Below, in pieces: positions 26,268 through 32,000 of a stretch of 32,000 nucleotides of DNA (position 1 is its first letter; each line of letters starts with the position of its first letter). The notes under the pieces are model-generated. The model searched no databases, was not told where the DNA came from, and was given only the letters and a program-made list of their open reading frames with translations. Origin of the DNA: Candidatus Iainarchaeum sp. (GTDB lineage: Archaea > Iainarchaeota > Iainarchaeia > Iainarchaeales > 0-14-0-20-30-16); the NCBI GenBank assembly GCA_028710695.1, contig JAQTTP010000006.1:1-32000 (forward strand). The letters are read 5' to 3'. A program made the position numbers and the translations under genes.

Positions 26268-26289
26268 ACTATTTATAAATAGTTTTTTT
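26268..26289 (+). terminator. AT-only 16-bp perfect palindrome followed by a T7 run downstream of cysS
   Basis: ACTATTTATAAATAGT (26268-26283) followed by TTTTTTT (26283-26289). The palindrome also contains TTTATAAA, so it may double as a TATA box. Confidence 0.3.
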
Positions 26290-26343
26290 CTAGTATATTA
26301 TTAGTAAATTCTTTTTTTAGTGGTTAATCTTTTGGGTGATATC

Positions 26344-28644
26344 ATGGTTGTGGCAAAAGTAAAGGAAGCAGTAAGAAGCGATGTTGGAAGAGGAATAGCA
26401 AGGCTTGGGAAAAAACTGATGAAATCCCTAAAGCTAGAAGTGGGTGACGCAATAATAATAAAAGGCAAGAAAGAGGCCTGTGCATTAGTGTGGTCTGAGC
26501 TGCCTGATGACGAAAGCATAATCAGAATGGATGGAATCTTAAGGCACAATGCAGGAACAAGCCTGGACGAGGAAGTAGAATTAAAAAAAGTGGAATTAAA
26601 AGAAGCAAAGAAGATGCTTTTAGCCCCAACTCAAGAGATAAGTTTTTCAGCTGATTTTGTAGATTATGTTAAAGAAAAAATACTTAATATGCCTTTACTT
26701 ATGGGAAATTCTTTGCTTATTAATGTGCTTGGAACCCAATTGCAGTTAATAGTTACAAAAATGGAACCCTCACCAGGAAGAATTACATGGGATACTGATT
26801 TGAAGATTGCTGACAAGCCAATGAAAGTTGCAGAAAAAACAAAAGGAATAAGATATGAAAATATTGGTGGTTTGGAGAAAGAAATTGAAGCAATAAGAGA
26901 GATGGTAGAGATACCAATGAAGAATCCAGAAGTGTTTAGAAAATTGGGAATAAGCCCGCCAAAAGGAGTTTTATTACACGGTCCTCCTGGAACTGGGAAA
27001 ACATTATTGGCTAAGGCAGTTGCAAATGAGACTGATGCACATTTCATAACTCTAAATGGTCCAGAAATAATGAGCAAATATTATGGGCAAAGTGAAGAGA
27101 ACTTGAGAAATGTTTTCAAAGAGGCAAAAGAAAATGCGCCATCAATAATTTTTATTGATGAAATTGATGCAATCGCATCAAGCAGAGAAGAAACCCACGG
27201 AGAGGTAGAGAAGAGGGTTGTTTCTCAGCTTTTAACTATGATGGACGGCTTGGAAGCAAGAGGGAATGTAATTGTAATTGCTGCAACCAACAGGCCAGAT
27301 TCTTTAGATGCTGCTTTGAGAAGACCCGGAAGGTTTGATAGAGAATTACAAATTGGAATGCCAACAAGAATTGCAAGAAAAGAAATCCTGCAAATCCATA
27401 CAAGGAACATGCCAATTACAATAAAAAAAGAAGAAATAACTTCTGACTTAATTTCAAAATTAAAAGAACTTACTAGGGATGGAAAAAAGGAACAAGATTT
27501 ATCAAAAATGATAAAAGTTTTAGAATCGGATGATAATGTAAACAAAAAAATTACTGACTTGTACAAACAAGTAGATCCAACTTTACTAAACGACTTGTTA
27601 AAGCAGAGTTTAGTTGCTTATCTTGCTGATGAATCTATTGGTTTTTCAGGGGCAGATTTAGAGGTGCTTGCAAAAGAAGCAGCAATGCGTGCTTTGAGAA
27701 GAGTAATGCCACAGATAAAACAAGCAGAAGGAAATTTGTCTAAGAAAATATTAGATGACATAATCATAACTATAGAAGACTTCTTTGAAGCATTAAAGTT
27801 TGTGGAACCGTCAGCTATGAGAGATATTTCTGTTGAGATACCTAAAGTTAGTTGGGACGATGTTGGTGGTCTTGAAGATGTAAAGGCAAAGATAAGAGAA
27901 AGCATAGAATGGCCAATGAAATATCCAGAACATTTCAAAACTGCAGGGATTTCGCCTCCACAAGGAATTATGCTTTATGGTCCACCTGGAACTGGAAAAA
28001 CATTGATAGCAAAAGCAATTGCAAATGAGGCTAAATTGAACTTCATTGTTGTAAAAGGCCCAGAACTTTTGAGTAAGTGGGTTGGAGAAAGTGAAAAAGG
28101 AATAAGAAAAATATTTAGTAGAGCAAGACATGTTGCTCCGGCAATGATTTTCTTTGATGAAATTGATGCTTTGGTTCCAACAAGAGGAAGAAGTAATAAT
28201 GATGTTTCAGATAAGTTGACTGCACAATTGCTTACAGAAATGGACGGTGTAACAAGAATACATGATATAATCATTATGGGATCTACAAATAGACTTGATT
28301 TACTAGATCCTGCTCTTTTAAGGCCCGGAAGATTTGATGTTGCCTTGTATGTTGGTCTTCCAGAAAAAGATGCAAGAAAGCAGATCCTAAAAGTTCATTC
28401 AAAAGACATGACTTTATCAAGTACAGTAAAGTTCGAAGAAGTTGCTGAGAAAACAGAAAACTATTCTGGCGCGGACTTGAGAGCGGTTTGTGTAGAGGCC
28501 GGATTGGAAGCAATAAGACGAGCAATAAAAGAGAAGAGGGATCTAAAAGAAGTTACAATGAAAGACTTCCACGAAGCAATTAAGAAAATAAAGCCAAGCG
28601 TGGATAGCGCGATAGTAGAAGGCAAAGATGTGAATGTAAGATAG
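26344..28644 (+). CDS. cdc48: CDC48/VAT-type AAA+ ATPase (N domain plus D1 and D2)
   Basis: N-domain [30 protein letters not shown]. Two GPPGTGKT Walker A motifs, two [18 protein letters not shown] Walker B motifs, and SRH regions [21 protein letters not shown] and [20 protein letters not shown] moved the start to ATG 26344 (GGGTGAT SD at 26334-26340). Confidence 0.9.
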   Translation: MVVAKVKEAVRSDVGRGIARLGKKLMKSLKLEVGDAIIIKGKKEACALVWSELPDDESIIRMDGILRHNAGTSLDEEVELKKVELKEAKKMLLAPTQEISFSADFVDYVKEKILNMPLLMGNSLLINVLGTQLQLIVTKMEPSPGRITWDTDLKIADKPMKVAEKTKGIRYENIGGLEKEIEAIREMVEIPMKNPEVFRKLGISPPKGVLLHGPPGTGKTLLAKAVANETDAHFITLNGPEIMSKYYGQSEENLRNVFKEAKENAPSIIFIDEIDAIASSREETHGEVEKRVVSQLLTMMDGLEARGNVIVIAATNRPDSLDAALRRPGRFDRELQIGMPTRIARKEILQIHTRNMPITIKKEEITSDLISKLKELTRDGKKEQDLSKMIKVLESDDNVNKKITDLYKQVDPTLLNDLLKQSLVAYLADESIGFSGADLEVLAKEAAMRALRRVMPQIKQAEGNLSKKILDDIIITIEDFFEALKFVEPSAMRDISVEIPKVSWDDVGGLEDVKAKIRESIEWPMKYPEHFKTAGISPPQGIMLYGPPGTGKTLIAKAIANEAKLNFIVVKGPELLSKWVGESEKGIRKIFSRARHVAPAMIFFDEIDALVPTRGRSNNDVSDKLTAQLLTEMDGVTRIHDIIIMGSTNRLDLLDPALLRPGRFDVALYVGLPEKDARKQILKVHSKDMTLSSTVKFEEVAEKTENYSGADLRAVCVEAGLEAIRRAIKEKRDLKEVTMKDFHEAIKKIKPSVDSAIVEGKDVNVR

Positions 28645-28670
28645 GGGAACAAACTTTCCCCTTTGAGTTG

Positions 28671-28694
28671 GGGCCATGAAGGCCCGGATTTTTT
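28671..28694 (+). terminator. GC hairpin plus T-run downstream of cdc48
   Basis: GGGCC-atgaa-GGCCC (28671-28685), then GGA TTTTTT (T-run 28689-28694). It is preceded by a second hairpin GGGGAA..TTCCCC (28644-28661). Confidence 0.5.
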
Positions 28695-28734
28695 CTCTAG
28701 TAAACTATTTATATTAATTTATTCTATCTTATAA

Positions 28735-29313
28735 ATGCATAAAGTAGGACAAAAAATCAACAAATGGCGTAATCTCCATTCCTTGAAATCTCAGAAAGGT
28801 CAGGAAAGTATTGTATTTGAAGTTCTTATTGCAGTTATACTAATGACTTTTGTTTTTGTAATTGGGGGGTATGCAATGAAATCCCTAAACGAAACAAAAT
28901 GCTCAAAAGAAATAGACTTGTCTATGAGCCAACTTGCGAGCGCAATAGAAAAAGCAGGAGCAACAAGTATTGGTACATATTACTACAAATTTTCGCCATC
29001 TTCTTGTTTTAGAAATAAAGAAACAAGTTATGAACTAAAATCTGAAAGTGCAACTTTGTGTTCATCTTATTGTCCTGGAACTAATTATTGTTACCTGCTG
29101 AAATATCAAAATCAACAAGATCCAGTTAGTCCTCTTAGGTATAAATGCGTAAATATTTCGAAATACGTTGGATTAAATAATACTGGAATTTGTTCTGCAC
29201 AAGGAGATTATGATGTAATGCAAGTTAACCCAACTATTTTCCACCAGGGGGATTATTTGTTTGAATCAAAATCTTTGACAGTTCCATCAATTTGTATTTA
29301 TTATAAACAATAA
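28735..29313 (+). CDS. Class III signal peptide (archaeal type IV pilin-like) protein, Cys-rich (P1)
   Basis: N-terminus ...LKSQKG|QESIVFEVLIAVILMTFVFVIGGYAM: basic n-region, Gly, then a Q-x-S-containing hydrophobic helix. The C-terminal domain of about 145 aa has 8 Cys and N-x-S/T sequons. TTTATATTA lies about 20-27 nt upstream of the ATG. Confidence 0.6.
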   Translation: MHKVGQKINKWRNLHSLKSQKGQESIVFEVLIAVILMTFVFVIGGYAMKSLNETKCSKEIDLSMSQLASAIEKAGATSIGTYYYKFSPSSCFRNKETSYELKSESATLCSSYCPGTNYCYLLKYQNQQDPVSPLRYKCVNISKYVGLNNTGICSAQGDYDVMQVNPTIFHQGDYLFESKSLTVPSICIYYKQ

Positions 29314-29335
29314 GTGATGCCATCGCCGTGATTTT

Positions 29336-29962
29336 ATGATTGAGTTTATAATTTCCAAAATAGGTATATTGCTTTTTGCAGTGGCCGTGGCATCAGTGTT
29401 GATATTTTTTTCTTTAGGAATGAAAGATATTTTTGTTGCAGAGCAAGGCAGGGAAATTGCATCAACAATTATTAAGCAAGCAAAAGGTTTGTCGGAAACA
29501 GAGGCTTTGTGTACATCATTGAGGCTTAACTTGCCAAGATATATTGATATTTATGGGTCTACAGAAACATTTTCTTTGTCTGCATTGAATTATTTTTTTA
29601 AGATTTCAAAAGTTGATATTGGAAACGGCCAGAATTCTGTTGTATTTGGAATTTACAAAAAAAATGGAAAAAAAGTTGGAAAACTTTTTGCAGTTGATAG
29701 TTTTAATACCAACTCTCAAATAGATTTTATTGGAACTCCTGTGCCTGATGTTGACAAACCAGGTGAGACTTTAACTTGGGATCCGACCAACTCTTTGAGT
29801 AATGTAGTTTATGTTGTAAAAACAGTAATAAATGGTGAAGAAATAATCCATCTTGTTAAATGTGGGTATGACAAAAAAAGTGCAAACCCATATTCAAGTT
29901 GTTATTCTGCATTTGAAAATCTAAATATACCGGGGGTTTATTGTGTTCCAAAAGAAGATTAA
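29336..29962 (+). CDS. N-terminally anchored secreted protein of the pilin-like operon (P2)
   Basis: Starts directly with a hydrophobic helix, MIEFIISKIGILLFAVAVASVLIFF. There is an in-frame stop 21 nt upstream, so no longer N-terminus is possible. 4 Cys; partial SD GTGAT. Confidence 0.5.
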   Translation: MIEFIISKIGILLFAVAVASVLIFFSLGMKDIFVAEQGREIASTIIKQAKGLSETEALCTSLRLNLPRYIDIYGSTETFSLSALNYFFKISKVDIGNGQNSVVFGIYKKNGKKVGKLFAVDSFNTNSQIDFIGTPVPDVDKPGETLTWDPTNSLSNVVYVVKTVINGEEIIHLVKCGYDKKSANPYSSCYSAFENLNIPGVYCVPKED

Positions 29963-30557
29963 AAAGCAAAGTAGTAAGCCCCAAAGAAAAAAGGGCTTTA
30001 TAGGAGCAATTGGTGATGATCTGCCAAGCTTGGTGCCAATATTTTTCTCTTTATTGATTTTTTTTGGAACTCTTTCATTTGTGTTTGTTACTCTTGGTGA
30101 CAGAAATGCATATCTAGAAAAATATTTTGAGTCAATATCTGTTTCAAAAGAAATATTGGGAAGTAGTTTTTATTCTGGATATACAGATTTTGATATGAGA
30201 GTTAAAGGGGTAAACACAACAGAGAAATATGCTGTTGGATTAATTTATAATCCAGAACTTTTAGGAAACAATATTTTTGATAAAGATTATTTTATTCAAA
30301 GTTTTGATAATCTTGGTATAGAAGAATTCCAGATTCCAATAGATGATGTTGATTTTTTTTGTACTGTTGATGACAGTATTTGTAATTCTAATTCTGACAA
30401 AAATTATTTTGTATTTTCTAACGACCCAGATTTTGAAAATTCAATAGAACTGGACATTATTTTTAAAAACAACCAACCTCTAACCTATCTTTACCCAGTT
30501 ACTTTGTCAACAAGTAAAGGGGTATTTGGGGTATATCTATATTTAATTGTGTGGTAA
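29943..30557 (+). CDS. Class III signal peptide-like protein (P3)
   Basis: GTG start (the only canonical start before the helix; GGGGG lies 6 nt upstream). N-terminus ...KPQRKKG|FIGAIGDDLPSLVPIFFSLLIFFGTLSFVFV. 2 Cys. 20-nt overlap with P2. Confidence 0.5.
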   Translation: MFQKKIKKQSSKPQRKKGFIGAIGDDLPSLVPIFFSLLIFFGTLSFVFVTLGDRNAYLEKYFESISVSKEILGSSFYSGYTDFDMRVKGVNTTEKYAVGLIYNPELLGNNIFDKDYFIQSFDNLGIEEFQIPIDDVDFFCTVDDSICNSNSDKNYFVFSNDPDFENSIELDIIFKNNQPLTYLYPVTLSTSKGVFGVYLYLIVW

Positions 30558-30559
30558 AT

Positions 30560-31324
30560 ATGAAGTCGAGAAAAATGAATCAGAGGGGCCAAGCAGCAGT
30601 TACTGATGCCTTATTTTTCTTGACTATAGTGGCAGTTGTTAGTGTACTGATGTTTACAAATGCAATGGGCTATGGAAAGAATCTAATTGATAGTAGTGTT
30701 GAGTATTACGAAAATACTTACATAATTTCTGCATTAAAAACTTTGTATGCAGTAAGTAGTCCATTAGAATTAGATAAATATAGTGTTTTTGAAAGCAACT
30801 ATAATGATACTTTGTTTACAATGTTAAAAAAAGATTATTATCTTGACACAGTTTTGTCAAATGAAATGAAAATAAAAGTAATGGAATCTTTAAAAGAAAT
30901 AATGAAACCAATAAACAAAAACAAAAATTATCTTTTCTATATTTATAACCCCAAAAATCAAGCAGGAGTTGGAGAGATTGTTCTTGCTGGATTTGTAATA
31001 ACTCAAGAAGAGAGTGATGAAAAAATAACTTATATTTGTGGAAAATCTTTAGACCCACAAATAAATAATATCTCTTTAGATGATATTTCATATTACCTTT
31101 CAAGGCACTTATTAGGGCAGAGATTTGCAGAAGGAAGAATGAGTTTATTAGAAAAACAAGGTGCGGATTCAACTCTTGTTATAGTAAATACAGGGCTTCT
31201 TGTTTGGACTGCAACCCCTGACATAGATAAATATGGTGACTTTGTAGATCCCGGAACAGAATTTTTGAAAACAAACTGTTGTGTTTATACTCCTGGAACT
31301 TTATCTTGTCAGGTGAATCCGTAA
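30560..31324 (+). CDS. Class III signal peptide (archaeal type IV pilin-like) protein (P4)
   Basis: MKSRKMNQRG|QAAVTDALFFLTIVAVVSVLMF is a textbook archaeal prepilin-type N-terminus. 4 Cys near the C-terminus (NCCVYTPGTLSC). I preferred ATG 30560 (2 nt after the P3 stop) over GTG 30551. Confidence 0.6.
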   Translation: MKSRKMNQRGQAAVTDALFFLTIVAVVSVLMFTNAMGYGKNLIDSSVEYYENTYIISALKTLYAVSSPLELDKYSVFESNYNDTLFTMLKKDYYLDTVLSNEMKIKVMESLKEIMKPINKNKNYLFYIYNPKNQAGVGEIVLAGFVITQEESDEKITYICGKSLDPQINNISLDDISYYLSRHLLGQRFAEGRMSLLEKQGADSTLVIVNTGLLVWTATPDIDKYGDFVDPGTEFLKTNCCVYTPGTLSCQVNP

Positions 31325-31390
31325 TCTTATAGGAATCAAAAACTAGTCCTGATTTTCTTTGTGTGGGTTTAATTTGTCTTTTTCCTTGGC

Positions 31391-32000
31391 TTATTTTTTG
31401 TCTGATTCTTTTTTCTCTTCCTTCTTTTTTGGTGGCTCCAAATCCAAATTTAGATTTAGATCTAAATCGCCTAAATCATTATCAGAAATCTTTTTGTCTA
31501 AATTAAAATTAGGTAAATCCATGTTTAGATCAAATGGGTTTGTTTCTTCTTTCTTTTCTTCCTTTTTAGTGTCCTTTTCTGCTGGCTTGTCTTCTCCAGT
31601 GCCTTGTATTTTCTTGATTTCTTCATCTCTTGTAAGCTGAGTAAAAATATTATCTACAATTTGGTTTATTTCTCCTCTTTGGTTTGGCTCTCTGTTGTGT
31701 CTATCTCTGAACCGTTCTACTTCGACTTCTGTTATTTTTTCGATTTCTTCCTTTGGCTTATTCAAATCAGTTTTCTCTTTTACTTGGCTGTAAATTACAT
31801 CTATAATATTATCACGTAATTCTCTTGGAGTTTCTAGTTCTTCATCAGTATTTGGTTTGCCTTTTAATTCTTTAAGCCTTTCTCTGTAATGCCTTGAGCT
31901 TGGATCTGTTTCAGTGGCTTGGCTTTGTTCTTTGTCTTGGGGTTCACCAGGCCTATAAAATCTTCGTAATCTTCTTGGTATTTCAGAAACATCTTTATCT
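31391..32000 (-). CDS. Highly charged low-complexity protein; C-terminal 203 codons, with the 5' end beyond the right edge
   Basis: The track lists only 31391-31765 (from an internal TTG), but my translation shows the same frame open to position 32000: DKDVSEIPRRLRRFYRPGEPQDKEQSQATETDPSSRHYRERLKELKGKPNTDEELETPRELRDNIIDVIYSQVKEKTDLNKPKEE.... It ends with the acidic/Leu repeat NPFDLNMDLPNFNLDKKISDNDLGDLDLNLNLDLEPPKKKEEKKESDKK. Confidence 0.5.
   Translation of the reverse strand, partial: DKDVSEIPRRLRRFYRPGEPQDKEQSQATETDPSSRHYRERLKELKGKPNTDEELETPRELRDNIIDVIYSQVKEKTDLNKPKEEIEKITEVEVERFRDRHNREPNQRGEINQIVDNIFTQLTRDEEIKKIQGTGEDKPAEKDTKKEEKKEETNPFDLNMDLPNFNLDKKISDNDLGDLDLNLNLDLEPPKKKEEKKESDKK

Noticed and set aside
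26664-28652. Series of 60-137-aa minus-strand ORFs inside cdc48 (and similar ones inside polD, the ABC genes and cysS)
   Set aside because: All are antisense to genes with unambiguous motifs. They are S/F/I/L-rich shadow frames without start signals.
31453-31468. Perfect 16-bp palindrome GATTTAGATCTAAATC
   Set aside because: It lies inside coding sequence and is the direct by-product of the Asp-Leu-Asp-Leu-Asn codon repeat (GAT TTA GAT CTA AAT) on the minus strand. There is no need to invoke a binding site.
31359-31640. 93-aa plus-strand S/F-rich ORF
   Set aside because: It is the mirror frame of the E/K-rich minus-strand gene (GAA/AAG codons read as TTC/CTT). It is low complexity and has no start context.
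1-32000. Search by eye for CRISPR arrays, IS elements or transposases, integrases, toxin-antitoxin or restriction/defence genes, and rRNA
   Set aside because: I found no regularly spaced direct repeats, no terminal inverted repeats flanking an ORF, and no recognisable nuclease, integrase or defence signatures. The window looks like core chromosome with a few acquired genes.

Overview
This is a 32 kb, AT-rich (roughly 30-35% GC by eye), densely coding segment of an archaeal chromosome. The archaeal origin rests on a PolD DP1/DP2 operon, a CDC48/VAT-type double-AAA ATPase, an Ogg2-type 8-oxoG glycosylase, three TrmB-family regulators, TATA-box/leaderless-style promoters and GGTGAT-type Shine-Dalgarno sites. 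Tight gene packing, membrane-anchored binding proteins, many uptake genes and several bacterial-type genes suggest a small-genome, DPANN-like archaeon; that is inference only. Left to right the window holds: a truncated bacterial-type aspS (-); tRNA-His(GUG); an ABC-2 type transporter (ATPase plus 2 permeases) translationally coupled to a Bud23-like methyltransferase; a UPF0391 membrane peptide; TrmB#1 divergent from an NMT1/SsuA-type ABC importer, followed by a GNAT; an orphan LivK-type binding protein divergent from TrmB#2; TrmB#3 divergent from a 52-aa ORF plus a Na+/solute symporter; a TIM-barrel (AP-endonuclease-2 / xylose-isomerase-like) protein; a compositionally odd kinase-like orphan; a large secreted surface protein; PolD small and large subunits; a FecR-domain protein plus a CHASE2/class III nucleotidyl cyclase; ogg; an untracked 54-aa ORF; cysS; cdc48; a four-gene operon of class-III-signal-peptide (type IV pilin-like) Cys-rich proteins; and a truncated, highly charged protein (-). 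I saw no CRISPR array, transposase, integrase, rRNA or recognisable defence gene. The best candidates for follow-up are the stand-alone pilin-like operon, the bacterial-style FecR/CHASE2-cyclase sensor pair in an archaeon, the three TrmB/uptake divergons with a shared GGTGG element beside their TATA boxes, the kinase-like orphan, and two small ORFs below the 60-aa track cutoff. All homology statements come from motif recognition by eye; no database search was run.
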